Below are positions 27,616 to 37,931 of a stretch of 64,000 nucleotides of DNA, one piece after another. Origin of the DNA: Deltaproteobacteria bacterium RBG_16_49_23 (GTDB lineage: Bacteria > Desulfobacterota > BSN033 > UBA1163); assembly GCA_001798855.1 (NCBI GenBank), contig MGQQ01000104.1, positions 1,093 through 65,092 of the forward strand. The letters run 5' to 3'. The notes beneath the pieces are model-generated. The model did no database searches and was not told the DNA's origin. It saw only the letters and a program-made list of their open reading frames with translations. The translations under genes were made by a program, and so were the position numbers. Position 1 is the stretch's first letter. Every line of letters starts with the position of its first letter.

Positions 27616-28656
27616 ATGAAAACACGAGTGGGTATTATTGGGGCGACAGGTTATACGGGAGTCGAACTGCTCCGGCTCCTCCTCCATCATCCCGGGGTGG
27701 AGGTGACGGCGCTGACCTCACAAAAGTATGCCGGGGTTCCGATCAGCCAGGTTTTTCCGTCCCTGACAAAACGGTTCCAGTTAAAGTGCGAAGAGCTGGC
27801 TGTGGAACAGATTTCAAAAAAAGCGGACTTTATCTTTTCGGCAGTCCCCCATAAGACCGCCATGGAGAAGGTCCCCCTATTTTACCGGTCAGGCAAGAGA
27901 GTGGTCGATCTGAGCGCCGATTTCCGGTTGAAAGACCCTGAGGTATATGAACGCTGGTACCAGAAGCATACGGCTCCGGATCTTCTTAGCGAATCCGTCT
28001 ATGGACTCCCGGAGCTCCATCGGGATAAGATCAGGGGCGCAAAGATTGTTGGAAATCCGGGCTGCTACCCGACAGGCGCCTTGATCGGTTTAATTCCCTT
28101 GCTCAAGAAAGGACTCATCTCTCCTGAGGGCATCATTGTCGATTCCAAATCGGGCGTCAGCGGCGCAGGCCGGGATGTGGTTCTCGAATCGCTCTTCTGC
28201 GAGGTGAACGAAGGAGTGAAAGCCTATAAGATTTTTGCACACCGGCACACCCCGGAAATTGAGCAGGAGTTGAGCCTTCTTGCTCAAAAAAAGATTACGG
28301 TCACCTTTGTCCCCCACCTCATTCCGATGGACAGGGGAATTCTGACGACCCTCTATGTCCATTTAATAAAAAAGATGAATACCGAAGAGCTTTTAAATGC
28401 TTTTCAGGAATATTATGACGGGGAGCCCTTTGTCCGGATTTTTCCGAAAGGCAAACTCCCCAACACCAAAGATGTCAGAGGGTCCAATTTCTGCGATATC
28501 GGCGCAGTGGTGGGTGAGGTCGATGGACGGGCCGTTATTGTCACAGCCATTGATAACCTGGTGAAGGGGGCTTCCGGTGAAGCCATTCAAAATATGAATA
28601 TCATGCTGGGATACCCCGAAACCTTGGGTCTCGATGTGGCGCCTCTCTCTCCGTAA
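27616..28656 (+). CDS. argC: N-acetyl-gamma-glutamyl-phosphate reductase
   Basis: [12 protein letters not shown]-terminus and GCYPT active-site Cys region. Confidence 0.92.
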   Translation: MKTRVGIIGATGYTGVELLRLLLHHPGVEVTALTSQKYAGVPISQVFPSLTKRFQLKCEELAVEQISKKADFIFSAVPHKTAMEKVPLFYRSGKRVVDLSADFRLKDPEVYERWYQKHTAPDLLSESVYGLPELHRDKIRGAKIVGNPGCYPTGALIGLIPLLKKGLISPEGIIVDSKSGVSGAGRDVVLESLFCEVNEGVKAYKIFAHRHTPEIEQELSLLAQKKITVTFVPHLIPMDRGILTTLYVHLIKKMNTEELLNAFQEYYDGEPFVRIFPKGKLPNTKDVRGSNFCDIGAVVGEVDGRAVIVTAIDNLVKGASGEAIQNMNIMLGYPETLGLDVAPLSP

Positions 28657-28705
28657 AAAACCTACCTCCATTTGCCCGGAAGGCGCCCTCGAACCATGAA
28701 AATGG

Positions 28706-28850
28706 ATTAGGGTAAGGGTTAAGGCAAGGAAGCCGGTTTCGGTTAGGTGTTAGGGTCAGGTACAGTTTCTTAAAACCGTCACCTTAACCCATTGACCAAA
28801 CTGGCATCCTAACCCTGACCCTTGCCGACACTGACACTGACACTTTTGTT
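28706..28850. repeat. Repeat family F, a palindromic element (ttagggtcagg / cctaaccctgaccc; ggttaagg / ccttaacc)
   Basis: Imperfect long palindrome centred near 28775, with ctgacactgacact at the 3' edge. Confidence 0.5.
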
Positions 28851-28871
28851 CTCTGAGCAAAGGAGGAGTGA

Positions 28872-30323
28872 ATGGCGAGCGTTCTTACTCCGACTGAGGA
28901 GCACGGGCTGCGAGGCTTTGGCCTCGATAGCCGGATACGGGGTGTTTTCTACAATCTTTCAGCCAGGACATTGCAAGAGCTGAGCGTTCGTGTTTCCGAG
29001 GAGGCGCGTAAACGGCAGTTGATCTATTGCCGGGATGGCTTAGAGGAAGTGATCCATATCATGTTGAGGCCAACCGGCGCAATGCCCGATCAAATCGCCT
29101 ATTGTCACATTGTTTCGCTTGTGCTGCTCAACGCCTTCAAACGCCTTCCTGACCTTTATCTCCAGGACTTTGCGGTCCGTGAAGTCGTTCCCCTTATGCC
29201 TGAGGAAGAAAGGTGGTTGTGGGATATTTGGGGACCCGGCCAGCGGGAGAACAATCCCATCTTAGGACGACTCGATGCGACGGTAGACTTTACCAGCCCG
29301 ATGTGGAAGGACACCCTGCACATTATTGAACCCAACTTGAGCAGTGTGGGCGGGATTCACATCGGGCCGAGCTGCGAGCGATTAGTGGCTGATGTGATCC
29401 TCCCTGTTGTCCGGGAGGCCATTCCAAACCTGCATCTGGATTGCAGCCTGGACTTGCGGGAGACGTTCCTCCAGGAAATCCAAGATCACCTGGAGGCCAT
29501 TGGGCGGCCCGGTGGCGCCATTTGCCTCATTGATCCCAAATACGCAGGCGATGGGCCTCTGGAGTTTCCCGCCCTGGTCGAGCATTACCGCGAGATGCAC
29601 GGGATTAAGATCGTTTATGCCGATGCGAATGAACTCTATGTCAAAAATGGGGAAGTCATGTACGAAGACTCCCCCATCACGATTGCCTACCGGGGATATG
29701 AAGTCCGTGATCTTCTTGACATGGAGAAGGAAGAAGGATTGGATACCCGGCCTTTTAAAATTCTGTTCCGGGAGAACCGGATCATCTCTTCCATCGCAGG
29801 AGACTTTGACCACAAAAGCTCCATGGAGATCCTCACGGACCCGCAGTTCACCTTAAAGTATTTCACGGCCGATGAGCGGCGCTATTTCCGTCGGCACGTG
29901 CTTTGGACACGCCTGCTCCGTGATTGTCGAACCACAGACCCCGAAGGACAGCCCATTGATTTACTAGAATGGGTTCGCCGCAACCAGGATATCCTTGTGA
30001 TCAAGCCAAATCGGTCCTATGGAGGAGACCGGGTGATCATCGGCCCATCCGTTAGCGAGGGAGAATGGGAGAATGCGATTGAGGGAGCCCTGCATGGAGA
30101 GCTCTTTGTCGTTCAGAGGCTGGCGCATATCACGGTGAGTGAATTCCCGGCCATCGATCCGGAAGGCAGAGTGACCATTGAGCCGTTCTATACGGTGGTT
30201 GGTTTTGTTCCAACGAAGTATGGCGTAGCGGTCATCGGCAGGGCTTCTCAAAATCAGGTGGTCAATGTTGCCCGGGGCGGGGGCGCCTATGCCGTGCTCA
30301 TCGGCCAGTATGCCAACACATGA
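28872..30323 (+). CDS. ATP-grasp-like protein, probably circularly permuted (COG2308-like), standalone
   Basis: 483 aa. A VIKPNRSYGGDRVIIG ATP-grasp-like motif sits near the C-terminus rather than centrally. No adjacent alpha-E or transglutaminase partner genes. Confidence 0.4.
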   Translation: MASVLTPTEEHGLRGFGLDSRIRGVFYNLSARTLQELSVRVSEEARKRQLIYCRDGLEEVIHIMLRPTGAMPDQIAYCHIVSLVLLNAFKRLPDLYLQDFAVREVVPLMPEEERWLWDIWGPGQRENNPILGRLDATVDFTSPMWKDTLHIIEPNLSSVGGIHIGPSCERLVADVILPVVREAIPNLHLDCSLDLRETFLQEIQDHLEAIGRPGGAICLIDPKYAGDGPLEFPALVEHYREMHGIKIVYADANELYVKNGEVMYEDSPITIAYRGYEVRDLLDMEKEEGLDTRPFKILFRENRIISSIAGDFDHKSSMEILTDPQFTLKYFTADERRYFRRHVLWTRLLRDCRTTDPEGQPIDLLEWVRRNQDILVIKPNRSYGGDRVIIGPSVSEGEWENAIEGALHGELFVVQRLAHITVSEFPAIDPEGRVTIEPFYTVVGFVPTKYGVAVIGRASQNQVVNVARGGGAYAVLIGQYANT

Positions 30324-30326
30324 CAC

Positions 30327-32966
30327 GTGATAAAAAAATCTGTTAGATTATCTTCTCAAATGGCCACCAAACCTTTAACCCCGATGATTAAGCAGTATCT
30401 GCAGATCAAGAGCCAGTATCCCGATTCTATTCTCTTCTTCCGAATGGGCGACTTCTATGAGATGTTTTTTGAAGACGCCCAGGTGGCCTCGAAGGAATTA
30501 GGCATCGCATTGACTTCGAGGGACAAAGGACACAAAGACAGCATCCCGCTCTGCGGGGTTCCCCACTTCACAGCCGAAACGTATATTTCCAAACTTCTTC
30601 AAAAGGGGCATAAGGTCGCCCTCTGCGACCAGGTGGAGGATCCGAAACTGGCCAAAGGGATTGTGAAGCGGGAGGTCGTCAGGATCTTCACACCGGGCCT
30701 CACCATGGACTCCATCCACCTGGGCGCCGGCGAGAATAATTACCTCATGGGTTTCTGTGCGGAAGGGGAGGTCTTCGGCCTTGCCTTTCTCGATATCTCC
30801 ACCGGCGAATTGAAAGCCTGCCAGGTTTCAGGATTCGAACCCTTCCTGAACGAAGCGCTCCGGAATGAACCGAAGGAGATTCTCACCTTCCATCGTTTTC
30901 AAGAACACCCCTGCTTTGCCGCCTTTAAAAAGAGCTTTGAAAATGGCCTGTTCAATTTTCTGGAGGATTCGAAATTTGACTCTTCCCATCCCCTCCATGA
31001 AGCCAGCGGGGATTCGATTCCCCGTGAATTTCCTCTGGCGGCCATGGCTACGGAGATGGTTCTGCTTTATGCGGAAGAGAATCAGAAGAGGCCTCTTTCC
31101 CATATCCGCTCCATCACCTTCTATCAGGTTCAGGACTTCATGATCATCGACGAAGTGACGAAGCGAAACCTGGAGATGACTCATACCCTCTTCGATCAGG
31201 GGAAGAAGGGGTCTCTCTTCTGGGCGCTGGATGAAACGGCGACCGCCATGGGGAGCAGGAAACTGAAACAGTGGCTGAATTATCCCCTGATGGATATCGT
31301 GGAGATTGAACGCCGGCTGGAGAGCATTTCCGAATTGAAGGAGAAGAAGATCGAGAGAAAACGGGTGAGGGAGCCTTTAAAAGGGATTCAGGATATTGAA
31401 AGGCTCGCCTCCCGGATCTTCCTCGGACATGCCAATGCCCGGGACCTCGTCGGATTAAAAAATTCCCTCCGCCACCTGCCCGATCTGAAAATCCTTCTCC
31501 AGGCCTTTACCTCCTCGCTCCTTAAAGGAGTTGCCGGGGAGATAGAAGGTTTTGAAAGCCTTTTCCTGCTTCTGGAATCCTCCATCGTTGAGAATCCTCC
31601 CCTCACGGTGAAAGAGGGGGGCATCATCAAATCCCACTTCAACAAAGAACTGGATGAATTAAGGGAGATCGGCCGGGAAGGGAAGAAGTGGATTGTTCAA
31701 TTAGAGGCCGGTGAGAGAAAGAAGACAGGGATCTCTTCTCTAAAGATTCGCTACAATCAGGTCTTCGGATATTACATTGAAGTGACCAAGAGCAATCTCC
31801 ACCTCGTCCCTGACCACTACATCAGAAGACAGACACTGGTCAATGCCGAACGGTTCATAACACCGGAGCTAAAGGAGTTCGAGACCAGGGTGCTGGGCGC
31901 AGAAGAGGCGATCTGCCAGCTCGAATACAGGCTCTTTGAGGAGATACAGATGAAGGTTTCCGAGGAGACGCCAAAGCTCCAGAAGACAGCCTCCGGTATT
32001 GCTGTGATCGATGTCTTATGTTCCATGGCCGAAGTGGCAGACCGGAACGATTATTGCCGGCCCATCATCGACGAGGGTGAAGAGATTGTGATTCAGGATG
32101 GCAGGCACCCGGTTCTTGAGCGGATGTTCCTTTCCGAGAGATTTGTTCCCAATGATACTATCCTCGATCATCAAGAAAACCAGATCCTCATCATCACCGG
32201 GCCGAATATGGCAGGCAAATCGACCTATTTGAGACAGGTGGCGATCATCATCCTGATGGCGCAAATGGGAAGTTTCGTCCCTGCGAGCGAAGCCCGGATC
32301 GGACTGGTGGATCGGATCTTCACCCGGATCGGCGCTCTGGACAATATCATGCGGGGCCAGAGCACCTTCATGGTGGAGATGATGGAGACCGCCCGCATCC
32401 TCCAGCAGGCCACCTCAAGAAGTTTCGTCGTTCTCGATGAGGTCGGAAGGGGGACAAGCACTTTTGACGGATTGAGTATTGCCTGGGCCGTGGTAGAGCA
32501 TCTCCATGATCATCCCCTTCTCAGGCCGAGGACCCTCTTTGCGACGCACTACCACGAATTAACGGAATTGGCCCTGACCAAGGAGAGGGTGAAGAATTAC
32601 AATATGGCGGTGAAGGAATGGGGAGGGGAAATCATCTTTCTCAGGAAGGTGGTGGAAGGGGGAGCCAACCGGAGTTATGGGATTCAGGTGGCCCGGCTGG
32701 CAGGCCTTCCCGCAAAGGTAATTGACCGGGCCAAGGAGATTCTCTCCAATCTTGAGAGGGGGGAGTTTGATTCAATGGGCATGCCTAAAATTGCTAAGTC
32801 GAAGGTTGCAACTTCAAAACCCAGGATCCCGATTCAGCCATCCCTCTTTTCCCAGACGGATCCCATCCGATCGGAATTGAAAAAGATCGATCCCGATCAA
32901 TTGACCCCTCTCGAGGCGCTAAATATTTTAAATGAACTTAAAAAGAGAGCAGAAAAGGAAGAATAG
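30327..32966 (+). CDS. mutS: DNA mismatch repair protein MutS
   Basis: TPMIKQYLQIK and GDFYEMFFEDA mismatch-binding domain. Walker A motif GPNMAGKST, and DEVGRGTSTFDG. Confidence 0.93.
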   Translation: MIKKSVRLSSQMATKPLTPMIKQYLQIKSQYPDSILFFRMGDFYEMFFEDAQVASKELGIALTSRDKGHKDSIPLCGVPHFTAETYISKLLQKGHKVALCDQVEDPKLAKGIVKREVVRIFTPGLTMDSIHLGAGENNYLMGFCAEGEVFGLAFLDISTGELKACQVSGFEPFLNEALRNEPKEILTFHRFQEHPCFAAFKKSFENGLFNFLEDSKFDSSHPLHEASGDSIPREFPLAAMATEMVLLYAEENQKRPLSHIRSITFYQVQDFMIIDEVTKRNLEMTHTLFDQGKKGSLFWALDETATAMGSRKLKQWLNYPLMDIVEIERRLESISELKEKKIERKRVREPLKGIQDIERLASRIFLGHANARDLVGLKNSLRHLPDLKILLQAFTSSLLKGVAGEIEGFESLFLLLESSIVENPPLTVKEGGIIKSHFNKELDELREIGREGKKWIVQLEAGERKKTGISSLKIRYNQVFGYYIEVTKSNLHLVPDHYIRRQTLVNAERFITPELKEFETRVLGAEEAICQLEYRLFEEIQMKVSEETPKLQKTASGIAVIDVLCSMAEVADRNDYCRPIIDEGEEIVIQDGRHPVLERMFLSERFVPNDTILDHQENQILIITGPNMAGKSTYLRQVAIIILMAQMGSFVPASEARIGLVDRIFTRIGALDNIMRGQSTFMVEMMETARILQQATSRSFVVLDEVGRGTSTFDGLSIAWAVVEHLHDHPLLRPRTLFATHYHELTELALTKERVKNYNMAVKEWGGEIIFLRKVVEGGANRSYGIQVARLAGLPAKVIDRAKEILSNLERGEFDSMGMPKIAKSKVATSKPRIPIQPSLFSQTDPIRSELKKIDPDQLTPLEALNILNELKKRAEKEE

Positions 32967-32989
32967 GAATTACAAATCCAAATTTCAAA

Positions 32990-33262
32990 ATCCAAATGTC
33001 AAATGAATGTCAAAGTTCAAAATCAGATAACAATTTAACGTTTTAATAATGAAGTCTGATCAGGATATGGAAACCCAAATCCCCCTCGGTCCCCTTTTTG
33101 CAAAGGGGGAAGTATCTCTCCTCCCTTTGGCAAAGGGAGGGGGGAGGGATTTTATGGAGCCTTTTACAAACCGCTATAGTGTTATAAAATCAGGAATTTT
33201 AATATTTGAACTTTAGGTTTGATTTGGCATTTGAACTTTGGCATTTGGCATTTTTGGATTTA
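32990..33262. repeat. Composite repeat: family G inverted arms (tccaaatgtcaaatg.../...catttgaactttggcatttgg) around a family A core at 33078-33155
   Basis: Arms are caaagttcaaa / ttgaactttgg. The core is ccccctcggtcccctttttgcaaaggggga...tccctttggcaaagggagggggg. Confidence 0.55.
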
Positions 33263-33267
33263 AGGAA

Positions 33268-33936
33268 ATGATCGACTTTTCAAAAGTGAGATTGAAGATG
33301 GTGGAGGAGCAGATCGCGGCGCGGGGGATCAAGGATTCCCGGGTGATTGCTGCTATAAAGAAGGTTCCCCGCCATCTCTTTGTCGAGGAGGCGCTCCAGA
33401 GCCAGGCTTACAGTGACCATCCCCTTCCTATCGGAGAGAAGCAGACCATTTCTCAACCCTATATGGTTGCCCTGATGACCGAGGCCATGGAGTTAAAGGG
33501 CAAGGAGAGAATTCTTGAGATCGGCGCAGGCTCGGGTTACCAGACAGCCATCCTGGCCGAGCTGGCCCAGGAAGTCTTTTCCGTCGAAAGGATTCGTTCC
33601 CTGGCCATCAGGGCCAGGAAGTTGCTCTATGAACTGGGATATTTCAATGTGGAGATCAAGATCTTTGATGGCACCTATGGATGGGCAGAGAAAAGTCCTT
33701 TTGACGCCATCACCGTTACCGCCGGGTCTCCGGATATTCCCCAACCTTTCTATGACCAGCTGTCCATGGGAGGAAGGCTGGTCATCCCGGTGGGAGACGC
33801 CGATGCTCAGGACCTCTTTCGAATTACGAAGACCGAAGGGGGAATGAAGAAGGAAAACCTGGGCGGTTGCCGATTTGTTAAATTGATCGGGAGATATGGC
33901 TGGGAAGACGAGGGAATAATGAACGATGAACAATGA
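33268..33936 (+). CDS. pcm: Protein-L-isoaspartate O-methyltransferase
   Basis: TISQPYMVA and [16 protein letters not shown]-binding motifs. Confidence 0.9.
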   Translation: MIDFSKVRLKMVEEQIAARGIKDSRVIAAIKKVPRHLFVEEALQSQAYSDHPLPIGEKQTISQPYMVALMTEAMELKGKERILEIGAGSGYQTAILAELAQEVFSVERIRSLAIRARKLLYELGYFNVEIKIFDGTYGWAEKSPFDAITVTAGSPDIPQPFYDQLSMGGRLVIPVGDADAQDLFRITKTEGGMKKENLGGCRFVKLIGRYGWEDEGIMNDEQ

Positions 33937-34029
33937 ACGATGAACGAAGCCGGTCGATCCCCCGCCGTTTCTGAAATAAATTTTACATGATGAATACGTC
34001 ATCCACGAACCATGAAAATATGACAAATT

Positions 34030-34190
34030 CCCCTCCCCATTGGAGACTGTGTCGTAATTAGCCATTCGCCCTTCGACACACTCAGGACGAACGGCTAAGT
34101 GATTGATTTTTAAAGTCCCGTAATCCGTTCGTAGTGAGGTTCTCGAACCATGAACGGACTTACGACACAATCTCCATGGGAGAGGAGGTA
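34030..34190. mobile_element. MITE copy 2 (internally shorter), inverted relative to copy 1
   Basis: ggagactgtgtcgtaa ... ttacgacacaatctcc. The reverse complement aligns with 7024-7219 apart from a ~60-bp internal deletion. Confidence 0.7.
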
Positions 34191-34381
34191 TTTTCAAGGT
34201 AACCCCCCTTATCAGCCCCACTTTTCAACAACAATATTGGCCATCCGTCTGGAAATAATTTGATCATCATTAGGGTTTCAAACCTGCAGAATTGCGTTAA
34301 CTCTCTGAAGTCATAGGATTATCTTGGATTAACCGTTTTGGCTTGATTTTTGCTTTTTAAAAGTCGGACATACAAATTTTT

Positions 34382-34876
34382 TTGGGAAGGTCTGAAATGA
34401 ACCTCATCGGTCCAAGAAGATTGATCTTTTTTTCTGTCTTGGTATTCCTGCTTTTATCTGTCACCTGGGAGGTTTCAGCAATCTTTGCTTCCCCGAAGGT
34501 CGGAACCGTTCAGAAGGTGATCGGAACAGCGACTGTTGTCAGACAGGGAAAAACAATACCTGCAATCATGGGCCTGGAGATATGGGAGAACGATACACTC
34601 CGCACCGATCCTAACGGATACATGGGCGTGGTTTTTAGTGACGATACCTTATTATCATTGGGGCCTGAAAGCGTCTTAGTTATCGATAAGTTTATGTTTG
34701 TCCCAAAGCAGGGTAAATTTTCAATCGTTCTCAGGATGATCAAGGGAACGGCCGCTTATCTTTCGGGACTCATTTCGAAGCTTGCGCCGGAGTCAGCCTA
34801 TTTTGAGACTCCGACTGCTTCGATCGGCATCCGGGGAACAAAATTCGTTGTGAAGGTTGAAGAGGAGAAGAATTAA
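34382..34876 (+). CDS. FecR-domain secreted protein
   Basis: Signal peptide followed by a FecR-like beta-rich domain (VVRQGKT...WENDTLRTDPNG). Confidence 0.55.
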   Translation: MGRSEMNLIGPRRLIFFSVLVFLLLSVTWEVSAIFASPKVGTVQKVIGTATVVRQGKTIPAIMGLEIWENDTLRTDPNGYMGVVFSDDTLLSLGPESVLVIDKFMFVPKQGKFSIVLRMIKGTAAYLSGLISKLAPESAYFETPTASIGIRGTKFVVKVEEEKN

Positions 34877-34911
34877 CAACGTTTCTTGATGCGGAAAGCA
34901 GGGCGAAAAGA

Positions 34912-35556
34912 ATGAGACTCCCGAAGATTCTTTTTATTGCATGGATTCTATGGTTTGCCCTGACCGGTTGCAGTGCAAAACGGGATGTCATTGTTCCATC
35001 CCAGGCGAGCCGGGACCTGATCCTGCTCCTCCCCGACCCGGATGGCAAGGTAGGAACGGTCCATGTGGCGACCAAGGGAGGCTCTCAGATACTCGACAAG
35101 CCAGGATACGCAGTCGAGGTCGAAGATATCAGTAAACCGCCATCCGTTCCCAGACCCGTAGAAGAGAAAGAGATGGGGGATCTCTTCGGCCATCTCCTCT
35201 CGGCGCAGCCGGACCCGGCAAGCCGGTTTATCTTATTCCTTTTCTACTTTGAGCACGATACAGCGAAACTCACCCATGAATCGAAGGCTCTGATGGCTGA
35301 AGTTCTGAGGACTATCAAAAGTCGTAAGTCCGGCGAAGTCTTTGTGGTTGGTCATACCGATCTTGTGGGAACAGAGGGATACAACACGGCGCTCTCTTCA
35401 AGGCGGGCAAACCACGTCCGGGGACTGCTCGTTTCAAACGGCATTAAGCCGAACGCGCTTCTCGTTTCATTTTACGGCAAGGCAAGACCGCTGGTGCCCA
35501 CGAAAGATGAGGTTCCTGAACCCCGTAACCGGAGAGTCGAAGTCATTGTCAGATAA
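34912..35556 (+). CDS. OmpA/MotB-domain lipoprotein
   Basis: Lipobox LTGCS. C-terminal OmpA domain (FEHDTAKL...GHTDLVGTEGYNTALSSRRA..RRVEVIV). Confidence 0.8.
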   Translation: MRLPKILFIAWILWFALTGCSAKRDVIVPSQASRDLILLLPDPDGKVGTVHVATKGGSQILDKPGYAVEVEDISKPPSVPRPVEEKEMGDLFGHLLSAQPDPASRFILFLFYFEHDTAKLTHESKALMAEVLRTIKSRKSGEVFVVGHTDLVGTEGYNTALSSRRANHVRGLLVSNGIKPNALLVSFYGKARPLVPTKDEVPEPRNRRVEVIVR

Positions 35557-35584
35557 CTCACACCCTCTCATTGTATCCCTGTGA

Positions 35585-37597
35585 TTGAAATGCATGGCAC
35601 CCAGGAGGAGCGAGAAAAAGAGCGTTAAAAGAGGCCGAAGAAAGAATCTGACCATTCTTTTTTACGGTGTCCTCTTCTCAGCCCTTCTCTTTTCTCTAAA
35701 TCTTGTCCATCCTTCTCTGACCGACTTTCTTCATTATCAATTTTACGACTTCCTGCTCTCGGCAAACAAGGGGGAACCTTCTTCTGTTCCTGTCATCGTT
35801 GATATTGATGAAAAGAGCCTCCAGCAACACGGCCAGTGGCCCTGGCCCCGCTACCGGATTGCCATTCTGTTAGATAAGTTGAGAGATCATGGAGCTTTGA
35901 GCATTGGCCTCGATATGCTCTTCGCAGAAGAGGACAGGGCTTCCATCCACACAATAAAGAAAGAGTTTCTTCGCGACTTCGGGGTCGATCTCGGATTCAG
36001 GGGCATTCCCCAAAATCTCATGGATAATGATCGGATATTGGCAGAGGCTCTTTCAAGAGGGCCTGTTCTACTGGGTTATCAATTCCTTTTCGAGGAAGAT
36101 TCTGACCGGGAAAGCTGCTTGCTTCATCCATTACATGTCAACAGGCTGGGACACGGGAGGGAAGGGGAGGATTCTCCGCAGTTCATCCGTGCCCGCAGTG
36201 TATCCTGTAATCTGAAGATGTTCTCCCAGGCGGCAGCGGGTTCCGGTTTCTTCAATATTTCTCCGGACAAAGACGGTATCCTGAGGCGCGTGCCCCTGTT
36301 CATCGAACACAAAGGAAAAATGTTTCCCAGTCTCGCATTAATCACGCTGATGAAAGCCTGGGGTGTAAACGACGTCGTGCTGAAGACAGACAGGAATGGT
36401 GGGAACTCGTTATATCTGAATCAAACAACGATCCCCCTGAGCTCAAAAGGGACTCTTCCGATCCGCTTCCGCGGGAGAGGCAGGACCTTTGACTACGTTT
36501 CAGCAGCCGACATCCTGTCCAATCGCATCCCGGATGGGAAAATACGGGGGAAGATCGTTTTCATTGGAACTTCTGCGTCGGGCCTGAAAGAACTCAAGTC
36601 CACCCCCTTTGATCCTGTTTTTCCGGGGGTGGAGGTCCACGCAACCGTTGTCGATAATATCATCAAAAGAGATTTCATCTCTCGACCGAAATGGGCAGCG
36701 GCCGTGGAATCCCTGGGAGTGATCGTCTTCGGCTTCATTTCTGCGTTGATTCTGGCAGGAACAGGAGCGGGTTGGAGCTCACTCCTTCTTGGAATCGCCG
36801 GGGCGACCGTCTGGCAGGCTTCAGCCTGGATCTTTCGAAATGAAGGTATTTTCATTTCACCTGTGGTGATCCTGCTTGTTCTGGTTTCCAACTTTTCCAT
36901 CCTCACCTTTTTCAGATTCTGGCGTGAGGAGCAACGGGTTAAAGAGCGCACGCGCGAGATTGCCATGGTTCAGGAGGCGACGATTGAAAGCATGTCCTCC
37001 CTGACAGAAACGCGGGATCCGGATACAGGCGAGCATATTAAACGGACGCAGAACTATATCCGGCTCCTTGCTGAATATTTGAAGGACCACCCCGAATTTG
37101 GCGCCTTCCTGGACGATGAGACAATCGACCTTTTATGGAAGTCCGCTCCGCTCCACGATATCGGCAAGGTGGGGGTTGCAGACAGAATCTTACTGAAACC
37201 CGGGAAGTTGACCGACCAGGAATTTGAAGAGATGAAACAGCATACGGTCTATGGCCGCGACACCATACTAGCCGCTGAACGAAAGCTTGGAAAGATATCC
37301 TTTCTGCGCGTTGCCCGGGAAATTGCTTACACCCACCATGAACGGTGGGATGGGTCCGGATACCCGGAAGGCCTCAGGGGGGAGGAGATTCCAGTGCCGG
37401 GCAGGCTCATGGCTCTGGTTGATACCTATGACGCAATAACGAGCAAGCGCATCTACAAATCGCAACTCCCCCATGAAAAAGCCGTCGAAATCATCATCGA
37501 AGCCAGAGGGACACAGTTTGATCCAGCCGTCGTGGATGCCTTCGTCGAAGTCAAAAACGATTTCCGTCAGATCGCCCTGACCTACGCCGACGCCTAA
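35585..37597 (+). CDS. CHASE2-sensor HD-GYP phosphodiesterase
   Basis: N-terminal TM plus CHASE2-like periplasmic region with further TM helices. C-terminal HDIGKVGV...HHERWDGSGYP HD-GYP motifs. Confidence 0.8.
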   Translation: MKCMAPRRSEKKSVKRGRRKNLTILFYGVLFSALLFSLNLVHPSLTDFLHYQFYDFLLSANKGEPSSVPVIVDIDEKSLQQHGQWPWPRYRIAILLDKLRDHGALSIGLDMLFAEEDRASIHTIKKEFLRDFGVDLGFRGIPQNLMDNDRILAEALSRGPVLLGYQFLFEEDSDRESCLLHPLHVNRLGHGREGEDSPQFIRARSVSCNLKMFSQAAAGSGFFNISPDKDGILRRVPLFIEHKGKMFPSLALITLMKAWGVNDVVLKTDRNGGNSLYLNQTTIPLSSKGTLPIRFRGRGRTFDYVSAADILSNRIPDGKIRGKIVFIGTSASGLKELKSTPFDPVFPGVEVHATVVDNIIKRDFISRPKWAAAVESLGVIVFGFISALILAGTGAGWSSLLLGIAGATVWQASAWIFRNEGIFISPVVILLVLVSNFSILTFFRFWREEQRVKERTREIAMVQEATIESMSSLTETRDPDTGEHIKRTQNYIRLLAEYLKDHPEFGAFLDDETIDLLWKSAPLHDIGKVGVADRILLKPGKLTDQEFEEMKQHTVYGRDTILAAERKLGKISFLRVAREIAYTHHERWDGSGYPEGLRGEEIPVPGRLMALVDTYDAITSKRIYKSQLPHEKAVEIIIEARGTQFDPAVVDAFVEVKNDFRQIALTYADA

Positions 37598-37737
37598 AGC
37601 AAACATCTCGATTCCGGTTTCTTCGGATAGGATAATATTTGCCTTCAACAGCAGGACCAATCACCGCTGCTTTCTTCTCAAGAGATTTAATCCAACATAT
37701 TTTCTTTTTGCATCCGCATTGTTTTTGGGGTATCTTT

Positions 37738-37906
37738 ACCCCGTTAGAAAGAAGAAGACTTTCTAACGGGGTTTACTATCTATAGTGAATGACTTAAAAA
37801 AGTTGTCACCCTGAGCACTCACGAAGGGTCTCACGGTCTTGTGATTCTTCACTTCGCTCAGAATGACAGCTGTAAGAATGTTACATTACTTAAGTCGTTC
37901 ACTATA
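37738..37906. repeat. Composite repeat: family C hairpin (ccccgttagaaa...tttctaacgggg) plus MITE-like unit with TIRs tatagtgaatgacttaa / ttaagtcgttcactata
   Basis: Seen directly. The internal ccctgagc..cgaaggg motif is shared with the 7.0 kb MITE. Confidence 0.6.
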
Positions 37907-37931
37907 AAAGATTAGAAAGTCAAAAGAATTT

